Assembly: GCA_028534125.1 (NCBI GenBank)
Contig: CM052817.1
Span: 47,246,001 to 47,310,000 of the forward strand
Origin: Lama glama
Taxonomy: Eukaryota
Length of the DNA stretch: 64,000 nt
Reading direction: 5' to 3'
In this document: piece by piece, positions 27,550 to 38,700 of the stretch
Numbering within the stretch: the stretch's first letter is position 1
Layout: each line of letters begins with the position of its first letter
Translations under genes and position numbers: made by a program
Notes under the pieces: generated by a model
What the model saw: the letters and a program-made list of their open reading frames with translations, nothing else
Databases searched by the model: none
Told to the model about the DNA's origin: nothing

Positions 27550-29291
27550 AGAAATTTACAAATTTAAAATTAGGATATATATTCCAAAATCTGGCAAGAA
27601 GTAAGAAGATACATTACTTAAAAAAGAAAAAATAACTGGAGATTCTGAAGAAGAGTTGAAGAGTTCTATCACTTTTTAAAAGCTACCCTTGAAAAGGACA
27701 GTCAGACAAGATGGCGATGTGGGGCTAGACGGGGTCAAAATGACAGGACTTGCCAGGTTAGTCCAGGAAGACTAGAGCAGGCATCAGATTCAATCCACAA
27801 GCAAAGAGGCAGCCAAAGCTAAGAACTGGAATCTTGCCAGAGCTGAGCAGGGTGGATGCCAGAGGAGTAGCCAAGAGAACCAGCCAAGGATTAGTAAGTT
27901 GAGAAAGCAGCAGAGGTAACTGGAGACAGGAACACAGGAAGTGGTTCTTAGGGCTATCTCCACTGCTTCTGGACAATGTCTCTTTAGCTCGATAATGCTT
28001 CATTTAATGCCCCAAGCATGAGCTCACTACCTAGTGTCTTCAAGGTAATTTTCTACACCTGATACCACACAATCCCAATCTAATCTTCTACCCTTTCAAA
28101 TACATGATTTTTGTGTGGAAACTGAGGAATATGGGCGTCTGAGTTATCCATGTTGTCATTACGGTGCATAGCAGTCTTTCTGGTCCATTTCTTAGACTTG
28201 TGTTCATCCATGTCCCCCAGCCACTGTCTTGGCACTGAAGAGTGCCTGACAGAGCCAGGAAAATATATTCGTGTTTTTGTCTATTGTTTTGGAACCAAGA
28301 GAAGTGAGATACCAGATGGAGTGTGGAAACAAGGAACCTGAGGACAGTGTGTTTACCTCAAGCCTGGAGAAGGTCATAGAAAGAAGTCCTTGGTATTGAA
28401 ATCGCAGAACTCAGGGAGGATCATGGAGATTAATATAGCTTTTAAATAGCCAGGTAAAGGAATATGTCAGCAGCATTACTAGATGTGGTTCACTACTCTG
28501 AGGGGGCCTGTGGTGTCAGTATTTGTGAGTATCATCCTTGCAGTGGGAGGTGTGTGGTCTTGAACTTGTGGTTGGAGGATTTGTAAGAAGCACCCTGTCC
28601 TTTTTCTTTAACTCAGAGCTATTTTATTGGACCCTAAAATGGATGATTCTCAGGACAAAATTCTCACAATCAGTATTTTAAACAATTAAACTTTTAGTCT
28701 GTATTTACTCTTGCCAAAAGACAAACTCTTCAAGTATAAGAAAGAGGGAACAGAGTGGAAGAGAAAGTAATATAAGGGGCAGAAGTGTGGGGGGCACTTC
28801 TGAACTACTTGTCTTCTTCAGACTAGTAAGTGGGCATAGGGGTTGTGGAGGAAAGAGCAGAAAATCAAAAGACAACTCTGCAAGAGAAGCATGCATTGGT
28901 CACCCTTTTCAAGACCTCTTTGCTGTATATTTCTGAAGTAGTTATGAAGGTATACTATTGTCTTGAACTCAGTCTTTAAAAAATCTTTTACACCACTAGC
29001 CAAATAAGTGATGGGATCTTAAATCATTCTCCTTTCAATTTTAGCCCCTAAAACTTTCTTGAAGTGAAAAATGCATCCCTGAAAGGAACTTCAAAATACT
29101 TGCATAAAAAAGAAGAGAATTTAATAGAAAAGAAAAAAGAAGCAAAAAATAAATAAAGGAAAGGACAAGATTAGTTCAATCATTCTATGCAGAAGGAATA
29201 TTTAAATTTAATTTTTATATAATCTGAACATACTGAAAGAAAAGAGTAAAATGCATTGCATGCTATTCAGGCAAGAAAATATTTCACTTTA

Positions 29292-29579
29292 GTAACTGGC
29301 CTGCTCAGAGTTCTGCTTCTCAGTTATTTATGTCATTTGCTGAGCCAACAAATCTGGGCAGTATGGTCCAAAATGGAAATGCACAGTGTAGCCTAGGTGT
29401 TCTTTGTGGAGGTACAATTTTCAATACTATGCTCTAACTCCATAGGAGAAATAAGGATGAGAGGGATAAAGTTGATAGGTGTAGCCCTGTACGTGTTGAT
29501 CCAGTGTATACATTGTCCATTTGCCTTCTTTGGACTATGGGTAATAGCAGAAGACAAGTGCCCCCTCATCTGAGGATAT
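29292..29579 (+). pseudogene. Endogenous bornavirus-like glycoprotein (EBLG), fragment 1
   Basis: Manual translation SSASQLFMSFAEPTNLGSMVQNGNAQC resembles recalled BoDV-1 G [30 protein letters not shown]; further collinear W....YY, KDE and FFG/TMG (vs WNESTYY, NDE, FLGTVG) across frameshifts. Confidence 0.7.
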
Positions 29580-29791
29580 TGTGGCAGATACAGCCTAGGG
29601 TGACCCCCTACTGAATCACACCCTCATATAATACCTTCTCCTTGAGTGCAGGTGCAATATGTGGTCTCCTTCTAACCAATAGAATATAGCAGAGATGAAA
29701 AGATATTTCACATATAATTTAGGTCCTTAATCAGTTGTCTGTGAGTTAATCAAAAGACCTAATCAGATGAGCCTTTAAAAACCAGAGCCTA
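29580..29791 (+). mobile_element. ERVL-MaLR LTR (MLT1E-like), 5' part
   Basis: tgtggcaga start, ttctaaccaatagaatat, taatcagttg..tgagttaatcaaaag; interrupted by an L1. Confidence 0.8.
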
Positions 29792-31478
29792 AAAAGAACA
29801 AAGAAAAAAAAAAGAGAGAGAGAGGTCTTTATTATCTTGCTGCCTTTTCCCACCTTTTATGATTTTGATGTCCCTTTTTTGAACATCTTCATGTTTATTC
29901 TCTTACAACTCATTAACTGCATTTCCAATTATGATTTTCTCTTTTCTATAGCTCCCTGCTTCCTTTCTATTTAGAGTAGACCTTTCAATACTTCATTTAG
30001 GATATGTTTAGTATTGCTGGGATCTTTTAGTTTTTGCCTGTCTCTGAAATTCTTTCCTTCTACTCTAAAGAACAGTTTTATCAGATAAAGAAAGTATCCT
30101 AGGTTGCAGGTTTTTGTCATTCAGGACTGAATATATCTTGCCACTCCCTTCTGGCCAGAAGTGTTTATGTAGAGAAATCAACTGAAAGTCTTAAGAGGTT
30201 TCCCTTGTAACTAACTCTTTGTTTTTCTCTTGCTGCCTTTAGAATAATTTCTTTACCTTTAACTTTGGCCATCTTAATTATAATATATCTTGGTGTAGGT
30301 CTATTTGGATTCTTCTTGTTTGGGACCCTCTGTTCTTCTGTACTTGGATATCTGTTTCCTTCTTTAGGTTTGAGAAGTTTTTGGTCATGATTTCTTCAGA
30401 TCCCTTTTCAATCCCCTTTGCTCTTTCTTCTCCTTCTGGGACCCCTATTATGTGTAAATTGACATGCTTTATATTATCCTGTAAGTCCCTCATATGGCTT
30501 TCATTGGTTTTTACTTGCATTTCTGTCTGCTGTTCTGATTGGGTGATTTCTGTTATCCTATCTTCTAAGTCACTTATTTGTTCCTCTGCATTATCTAGTC
30601 TGCTTTTCACTGCCTTTAATTTGGCTCTTATCTCAGCCATTGAGTTTTCTGTTTTTAATTGGCTCCTCTAATTCTGGAGAGAGTGTGGAGAAAAGGGAAC
30701 CCTCTATACTGTTGATTGGAATGCAGTTTGGTGCAGCCATTATGGAAAACAGTATGGAGATTCCTCAAAAGACTAGGAATAGACTTACCATATGACCCAG
30801 GAATCCCATTCCTAGGCAAATATCCAGAGGGAACTCAAATTCAAAAAGATACATGCACGTCAATGTTCATAGCAGAACTATTTACAATAGCCAAAACATG
30901 AAAGCAAACTTAAATGTCCATGGACAGATGACTTGATAAAGAAGCTGTGGTATATTTATACAATGGGATACTACTCAGCCATAACAAATAAAATAATGCC
31001 ATTTGTAGTAACATGGATGGACATGGAGATTGTCATTCTAAGTGAAGTAAGCCAGAAAGAGAAAGAAAAATACCATATGATATCCCTTATATATGGAATG
31101 TGGGAAAAGAAAAAGACAAATGAACTATTTACAAAGCAGAAACAATCTCACAGACATAGAAAACAAACTTATGGTTACCAGAGGAGGGGAAGGGGTTGGG
31201 AAGGAATAAATTGGGAGTTTGAGATTTGAAGATATTAACTATTATATATAAAATAGAAAAACAAAAGTTTACACTGTACAGCACAGGGAACTATATTCAG
31301 TATCTTGTAGTAACCTATAATGAAAAAGAATATGAAAAGAATATATGTATGTATATGTATGACTAGATGATTTTGCTGTACACCAGAAATTGATACAACA
31401 TTATAAACTGACTATTCTTTAATAAAAATTATAAAATATAAATTATGAAAGCTAAAAAAATGAGGAAAAAAAACCCCC
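29792..31478. mobile_element. 5'-inverted L1: antisense ORF1/inter-ORF piece (to about 30668) fused to a sense ORF2 end and 3'UTR
   Basis: ORF 30278..30640(-) is ORF1p-like; ORFs 30716 and 30933(+) are the ORF2 C-terminus; TSD aaaaaccagagccta (29777-29791) / aaaaaacagagccta (31479-31493) at a ttt|aaaa site. Confidence 0.9.
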
Positions 31479-31965
31479 AAAAAACAGAGCCTAGGCCTTT
31501 CCTGAAGGCAGAAACCCCAGGCAGCAGAGACTCTCTTTCTCTGTTTCTGGCTTTCAAGAAGCAAAGTGCAATGCTTTCTTCAGCCTCAAGGAAATCAGTC
31601 CTGCCAACAACCTGGTGGAGCTTGGATGCTGCTCCATTCTTAGAGCCTGCAGACGAGAATGCAGCCTGACTGGTATCTTAATTTCAGCCTTGTGAAACCC
31701 TAAGCAGAGGACCCAGCTTAAGATATGACCAGACTTTGGAGCTACAAAAGCAGTGAGCTAATAAATGAGTATCAGCTTAAGTTTGTGGAAATTTTTTATG
31801 CAACTAGAGAAAATTACTACAGTTCTTTTTTTTTTTCTTTCGGGGAGAGTAATTAGGTTTTTATTTACTTTAATGGAGGTACTGGGAATTGAACCCAGGA
31901 CTTCCTGCATACTAAGTGTGTGCTCTATCACTTAGCTAGACCCTCCCTACTGAGAAAAAAATACA
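31479..31965 (+). mobile_element. ERVL-MaLR LTR (MLT1E-like), 3' part with a SINE at its end
   Basis: ctgccaacaacctg, agagcctgcagacgagaatgcagcc, gtgagctaataaatg, ending aataca; weak 5-bp TSD gatat (29575-29579) / gacct (31966-31970). Confidence 0.8.
31823..31947 (-). mobile_element. Camelid tRNA-derived SINE (Vic-1 type)
   Basis: aatggaggtactgggaattgaacccaggac...ctctatcacttagctagaccctccc. Confidence 0.9.
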
Positions 31966-31970
31966 GACCT

Positions 31971-32218
31971 TGAATAGAACCTTCTCAAAAGGGAAAAATG
32001 AGCAGAAGCTCACAGTTCAGGATTATCGGACCTTAAATTGGGGAACTTTAGACATTTTGTCTTAAAAGGGTAGCCATGTTGAGTATGGTGAAGGCCAGGG
32101 GGACGATGTCATGAAAAGAAGAGATTTGTCCTTTTTGTGTGTGTGAGCACATCTACAATGAAAAGGGTGGTGCCGTGGCTCTGGTCAGTAGTAAAGCCCA
32201 TCAAAAGAATTCCCTAGA
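31971..32218 (+). pseudogene. EBLG fragment 2
   Basis: The frame runs on across the excised LTR (PHLRI|LNRTFSK; NRT vs BoDV-1 YNKT); SHVEYGEGQGD vs INHAYGTQAD; STST..GW vs ITST..GSGW. Confidence 0.7.
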
Positions 32219-32589
32219 GTCTGTTTCTGTTTTGTTATATTTGTTCACTTGTTTTGTCTTTTTAGACTCCACATGTATGTGAAAATATAAAGTATTTGTC
32301 TTTTTCTGTCTGAATTATTTCACTTAGTGTAACACAGATACAAAGAACAAACCAGTGGTTACCAGAGGGAACAGGGTTGTGGGTAGGGGTGAAACAGGTG
32401 AAAGGGATTAAGAGGTACAAACTACCAGTTATAAAATGTAAGTAATAGGGATATAATGTATAGCATAGGGAATATAGTCAATATCTTATGATAACTTTGA
32501 ATGGTGTGTCATCTATAAAAATATTGAATCACTGTGTTGTACACCTGAAACCAATGTAGTATTATCAGTCAACTCTACTTGAAAAAAAA
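32219..32589. mobile_element. Short 5'-inverted (twin-primed) L1 3' end
   Basis: Antisense piece 32219 to about 32331, then sense cacagatacaaagaac... to an A tail; TSD aattccctaga at 32208-32218 and 32590-32600. Confidence 0.9.
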
Positions 32590-32600
32590 AATTCCCTAGA

Positions 32601-32699
32601 CAGATGTAAGTTTGCAACATGAGCAGAAGTTTCCTCATTCTACTTTAGAAATCTTAGGGAGAGGTGAATACTAGATCACCAGCCGTTCTGGTATTTTGA
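32601..32699 (+). pseudogene. EBLG fragment 3 (membrane-proximal / C-terminal remnant)
   Basis: D...FAT* (TGA read as a former TGG) vs BoDV-1 DLLAWAAW; weak on its own, supported by its position. Confidence 0.45.
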
Positions 32700-33071
32700 A
32701 TGGACAATTTCATGCAGCCAGGCTCATTCTTCTGCGGGTGGGCATAAAGGTGCAACTGAATGCATGGTTCGCATGTGCCCTGGCAGGTGGAAACAGATGT
32801 ATATATAGCAGACCTTGACTAATGGAGGCCTCCTCTAGGGATAAGTCTAGGAGAGCAGGTGTTTATGAGATGACTTGGGCAAATGGATCAGCTGCTAATA
32901 AATGAGATTCAAATAGGAAAAGGGCTGAGGAGGACTGCTCAAATTCTAAAAGAGGGTGAGTTTTCCTGTGGGGAATAAAAGTGAACTAGAATTTGAATCA
33001 AGCAAAGAGCCCAGCCTGGGTCAATGTCTGAGTTTTTCTGTTTTACTAGGTTTTGGACCTCTGCCTTGTAA
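32700..33071 (+). pseudogene. Endogenous bornavirus-like matrix (EBLM) remnant
   Basis: ATG at 32700 directly after TGA; FFCGWA vs IVPGWP; QMDQLLINEI (32880) vs QIDDFLLLTL; LGFGPL (33046-33063) vs IGVGPL at the BoDV-1 M C-terminus; span of about 124 codons is near M size. Confidence 0.6.
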
Positions 33072-33081
33072 TGAAACAAAC

Positions 33082-34360
33082 ATGACCTTTCAGTAAAAGA
33101 TTTGCTTTTCCCACAAAGGCTCTCTGCTGAGATTGTCCAGCTCCTGTCTTCTCTAAGAGACAGTGATAAATAAGGGTTGTGACCTGGACAGCATATACAG
33201 CTCCAACACCTTTCATTTAAGTGTTCAGCTGAATTAGAGATCTTGTTATTAATCCTCCCTCGAAACACAGAGTTTTCAAGAGTGCAACAGGAAGGCACCC
33301 ACAACAGCTGTGAAGGCATTATTTATGCCTGTAGGGCAGAGTTCTCCTTCCAGAGGTGAGATTTTTCCATTTACAGGATAGACAAGGGATAAACAGCTAC
33401 TTTTATTACCAGAGCTCTGGTATAGTTTGAGAAAATATGCCCTATCAGATGTGATGAAGAACCTTGCATAGCCGTGGGGTGGATGCCATTCATACTGCAG
33501 TCCAAGGAATAGCTCCCTGGATCTACCCCGTGCATAGCCTGCATGAGTGTACGCAGGAACACAGGTGCTATTAAAGCCGGGAGCTGACTTGATCAGTTGC
33601 TCAGAAGTAAAGGTGAATATATGGTTCAATCTGTGATCTGAGCAATGCATCATGTTTTGTCTGTCAAGGTCGAGGTCCTAGGATTCACCTAGAGATACTG
33701 TCAGAGAATGGGAGGCATCAGACAGAGTCTTGCCTGAGAGAGACAACTGAGAATTATTGAGGGACAGCAGCCAAACTTACATAAGAGGGATGTAGCAAGC
33801 AGTTGCTAAGGCAATCTGTGTAATTACATCAGATGTTGTCTGATTAGTATGATTGTAACAGAGTAGATACAAGCCAATATCGGACAAATAACCACTTCAT
33901 TCAATGACTTGCTCATACTACAGTTAAATCTAAATAATATACATATTTGAATTTGTTTGCATTTGTCTGTCATCGGTCACATATAAAACATGGGACCACT
34001 GATGTTTTTATTGCTGAGAAACATTGAAGCCTTGGAAAAGTGATGGATTTTTTATTTTTAATCACAGAATTCTAGACTGTGCTGTTTCTGTAACAGCAAA
34101 GAATGAGAAACCTCACTTGAAGTTTCTCAGGAAAAAACCAAGTGTCCATATCCCAACATAAACATGTTAGGTGTTCTCAAGTTACTTCTTTTCTTTAATG
34201 GGGTTAAATTCACAAAAGCCCTGAAGAGGCTATTTTTTTCCTAGAAATGTTGTCTATAATTTAGAGTTTAGTTTAGCAGGTAGGTAGCAATACCTTGGTC
34301 ATGGCGTCATGACTCAAACAGCCTACAGAAAGTTTTGGCTGTCCGAAAAGAACACCAGCA
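33082..34360 (+). pseudogene. Endogenous bornavirus-like L polymerase (EBLL), N-terminal remnant
   Basis: MTF start vs MSF; LWYSLRKYALSD (33415-33450) vs LYSSVR-YALTN; RIHLEILS (33680-33703) vs RCHLLIAS; YKTWDH/DV (33982-34006) resembling the mononegaviral xWGHP motif; FNGVKF; WSWRHDS/TAYRKFW (34296-34338) vs WVFEYNAAAFWKKY; all collinear. Confidence 0.75.
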
Positions 34361-34639
34361 TGGTTTTCTTTTTCATCCTGCTTCTTTGAAAAATGAAATA
34401 GGGGGCATTGTTTGTACAATATCAATAATTACATTTACTTGTTAAGATGACACAAATAGAACAGGATTAAAAGAAATATTAGCATTGGAGGATAATTTAT
34501 ATCTGTGCATTTTCTCCCTGTTCTTAAAATATGAAAATATTTACACATACATTCTCCACCTCAATAAAAACAAAGCAAACTCCCGAAAGTCCGCTATGCA
34601 GTTTCAGAAACAGAACCTGCCATTTAAAAAAAAATTAGG

Positions 34640-35490
34640 TTGGTCTATGTGAAATGCCTCTCTGTCATATATGGACGTGATCATATAAATTTTTTTACAT
34701 CTATTAATAGGATGAATTTTACTAATGGATTTCCTAATATTGAAATACCCACTTGATCTTGATGTCCTGTTGGATCCTGTTTACTACTGTTTCTTTAAGA
34801 TTTCACATTTATATTCAGAAATGAGATTTGTCTGGAGTCATGTGTCTATGTGTGTGTGTGTGTCTGTTATATCAACGTTGAACTCATGTAATGAAAACAT
34901 TTGGGACGCTGTGCTTCTTTATCAATGCCTTGACATAGATAAAATAATTAAGATTATTTTGTCTTTATGGTTTTGTAGAATTCCCCTCTCATACCATTTG
35001 TTCTAGTGATTTTCATGGTGTGAGGAGGCTCTTTGACAACTTTCTTTATTTCTTCTATGAAAATTGGACTGTTTAAACCTTCTACCTCTATTGAAGCTTA
35101 TTTTATAAATTATATCTTCCTAAAAGCTATAAATTTCATCTAGTTTTTAAAAATTCTTGTTCATATTGTTATGCAATAGAATCTCAGTTGTGTTTTGGAT
35201 ATTGAACCATTTCATTTCTTATTTTGCATATTTGACATTCTGTCACCCTGTCTCAGCTAATAATTTGTCTCTCGTTGCATTTTTCAAGAATCAACTTTTT
35301 GTTCTCTGTTTTCTAACTCAGTTGATGTTTACCTTTAGTAAATTTCTTGCAATTGTTTTATTTTGCTTTATTTGTTGGTCTAGTTCTATTCTTTTTGAAT
35401 TGCATGCTTTATTGGTTTGTTTTATTTTGTTGCTATATGTATTAAATGCTATAAATTTTTTTAGACGATTGCTTTAGCTATGTCCCATAG
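34640..35490 (-). mobile_element. Ancient L1M ORF2 fragment
   Basis: T-rich antisense L1 motifs (ggttttgtagaattc, tcaagaatcaacttttt, gctttagctatgtcccatag). Confidence 0.65.
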
Positions 35491-35542
35491 ACCCTGGATC
35501 TACATCTGTAGAAGTTCAAACCCCACTCTCAGTACCAAAATA

Positions 35543-35715
35543 TGCCTTAGTCTTCTATTGCTACCTAACAAGTTAACACCAATTAGTGGTTAAAATAACA
35601 TACATTTGTTATCTCAGAGTTTCTGTGGTCAGAAGTCCAGGCATGCCTGGGCTGGGTTGTCTGTTTAGGGTCTTTCAAGCCTACAATCAAGGTGCCAACT
35701 GGGCTGCACACTTTT
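35543..35715 (-). mobile_element. MLT1-family MaLR LTR fragment
   Basis: ttagtcttctattgct...atttgttatctcagagtttctgtggtcagaagtccaggca...caatcaaggtg. Confidence 0.7.
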
Positions 35716-38700
35716 CTAGAGACAGAATCTTGTGTAATGAAATCAAATCAAGGAGAGGAAGTTATACAAAGGTCACTTTTTAGGATGTATCAGTCATACC
35801 TTCGTAGGTATTTTGACTTTTTCTTTAGCTTATCTTAAGAACCTTTTTTTTTGTCCTTGGTGTTCTGCAGTTTTGCTATGATGGTTAGATATGAATCTGG
35901 TTTAATTTCTTATGTGTAGCTTATCCTTATGTTTCTTATAAATGGACTTATATTTTTCGATAATTCTGGAAATTCTCAGGCATGTTTTTCAAAAATTGCC
36001 AGAGGGTTGCTTTCAATCTGAGACCAGATAAATTTCTCATCTTGGATTTTCCATGAACACATGAGTAAAGTGAATTTGAATCTTACACTTGTGTGAGAGA
36101 GAGAAGTTTGGTAATTTTTAATTCTCAAAGGAGACTATATTATTACTGCTATTTTTTGCATCCAGAGTCCCAGAGACGAATAGGTTTCCTCTTAGTTTCC
36201 TGACATGTTATGCCAATTTTTCTCAGTCGGCATTTTCACAGAATGAATAGCCTGTTTGGTTGTGTTAGATTTCTGCAGGGGTTTCAATTCAGTTACAATT
36301 CAGTTTTTTTGGGTAGATCCCTGTTTCTGTTTACTGTTCCTCCATGTGCAGCCATTGGCTCTCAGTAGTATACGTTTCCGGTGTTATAATTTATCCCAGG
36401 CTAGCCTCGTTTTCCATTTTTGTTTGCTATCCTGGTTTCAGCTTATGATTCATTTGTTTGGTTTTTTTTTTTTTGGTTGTTTGCTTGGTTTGTTTTTGTT
36501 TGATCTTTGGTAATTTTGTTTTTCTTTTACTTTCCCGTGATTCAAAAATTCATTTACTGTTATTTTGTCATTATTTACCTGGTATCTTCACATTTTACAA
36601 TGGAGGGGGGATATTTTAGGACATAACTCATATTGTTGACATGGCAGTAGAACACTTTTTATCCATCATCATCTTGGATTTCTAACCTTTTCCCTCAGCC
36701 GGCCCATGTTTTTCATGTTCCAGTAAGTTTATCATATGACAAAGCCCTTTCATTTGTTCATTTCTTCAAAGAGGGTGAACATCTTTTAGCATATTTTTGT
36801 GATGAATCCTTTAGTATGGAGGCAGGAATAGATGAAAAATTGATTTGCTACAATCAGTAGTTATTACTAGAAACAACCTGAAATGTTTTCTTATAACTTT
36901 TAATAAAGATATAAATTAATTTTGTCACAACTTTTCTTCTTGTGCTTATAACAATCGCATCTCTACTGTGTACATCTCAAAATTAGAAAAACTATTTTCA
37001 CCAACTGCCAGGAAAATTTTGTTATATCTAAAATTATGATGGGAATTGGTCTGTAGAAAACATTTTATCTTTCATCTTTTTTCATCTTTTATACTGAAGA
37101 ACTGCTTCTGCCTTCACAATATATGAAATCCTAGAAGATATCCAAACTCTAGTGTACATTATATTTTGATGTGCTTGATAAAATTGTTTGTTCTCTACAT
37201 GTCTAGTCTACTTCCGTAAGGTGGATAAGACTATGATGTTTGCATTTTTAGCAAGTGCTCTAGGTTACTCTAATATACAAGGACTAGGGTTCATAATTCA
37301 ACAAATCATTCTGAAAGCCCTTCCTTCTCTTTTATGTGTGTCTGTCACAGTGCTTTCAACTTTAGGAGGTATCAGAAGACAGGCAACATATTGAATTGAG
37401 TTGGATTTTAAGTTATAATTTACCTACACGTTGATTGCTTCCAGACCTAGATGAATTTGTTTCATGTTTCTGGGTCTTTGGAATTTTTCTGACTTGAACA
37501 TTTTCATTTTACTATGTTCTTAAAATTGAAGTTATAAATCATAATTTTGACACTTGATAACCTTCTTGGAGATATTTAACTATCTCCTTGGGCTGCACAA
37601 ACCTACATTTAATTTTTCCGACTCACTATCAGTACTTCTTTTCCTTTTCCTTTTCCCTTATTGCTGTTACACCACTGAGACTACAGGCGTCTAGCACTTC
37701 CCACGCTGCTTCCTCTAGTCATGCTACTTAGATCTCTTTTGTTGTGATTTTCTTTAATTACCCAATGATTTGTTTTATCCACTTATTCCAATAATATCTC
37801 ACTTACAATAACATAATGTATATGTCCAAATTTTACATAAAATGTAATTAATAAGTATAATTTATAAGATTTAATTACATACTTGCTGTTTTGCAATCAG
37901 ATTTATTTACCCTTTGCTTAATACAATTTCATCACTTTAATAGTATACTCTTCTGTTCATTTTCTTGAATCCATATCCATAATTTATCTAATGTTAAACT
38001 AAAAGAATCATAATTTGTTTTTCAGAAAAAAACTTTTTTTCTATAAAGTGAGTCATTCATTGTCAGAGCAGCATAGACTATACATTGAAAAAGTGTCTCA
38101 AAGTCAGTTATATTTGGCCACTGTCAGGACAATAGTAAAATATCTTACACAACTATGGAGAAGTTTGTTCTCTAAAAGGGAATAGATTGATAGCCCACGG
38201 GGCCATTCATATCTCTGGACTTTATTGTTCAAAATTAAGCTTAGGGTGATGATTTGCTAGAGAAGCTCAGCAGACACTAAGAAAATTAGAGTGGCCTGAG
38301 ATATTAAATCTTGTGGCTTAAGATGTCATCCCACTGGAGAAGGGATGAGACTCACACAAAAAACCACACATGAACAAGATGAACCAAGGGCTGTTTTCTT
38401 TGTTAAAGACTTCTAAGCAAATTTACCTCATAGTGAAAAGGAAAAATACAGCTACCCAGGGGCTTTCTTGAGCCTGTCTTCTGCTCTCCAGTGGCCACAA
38501 CCAGGTATCTTGGAGATTTTGCTACAGTGCTTAGGCATTTGGGGCCGGAGCTCACCCTCTGAGAAACATGGCAATATGTGCTGGGAACCACAAGAGATTA
38601 GGGGACAATAGCCTCAGACTAGGCTTGATACAACTGCAGCCACAGAGTTTAATTGGAAAGGAAAAAAAAAAAGGATGATTCTGTGGACTTTATGCCTTGC

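Noticed and set aside
28100..29270. Search for the N-terminal half of the viral G, or for N/P, upstream of the fossil
   Set aside because: No convincing motifs such as CKTYWGFFG were found; treated as host DNA, so the insertion looks 5'-truncated.
33160..33470. Resemblance to bornavirus nucleoprotein (GEIFPFTG vs DLFPFLG; IRVV vs IKLV)
   Set aside because: Motif spacing does not fit N, and the same region aligns collinearly with the L N-terminus.
32939..33653. Minus-strand ORFs of 126, 125 and 63 aa
   Set aside because: Antisense to the decayed viral M/L sequence; no recognisable protein or exon structure.
34360..37500. Continuation of L into the KEKELK..GRFF motif and the polymerase core
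   Set aside because: Only a weak EDNL vs EDRL similarity near 34490; no conserved core motifs seen; an old L1 follows.
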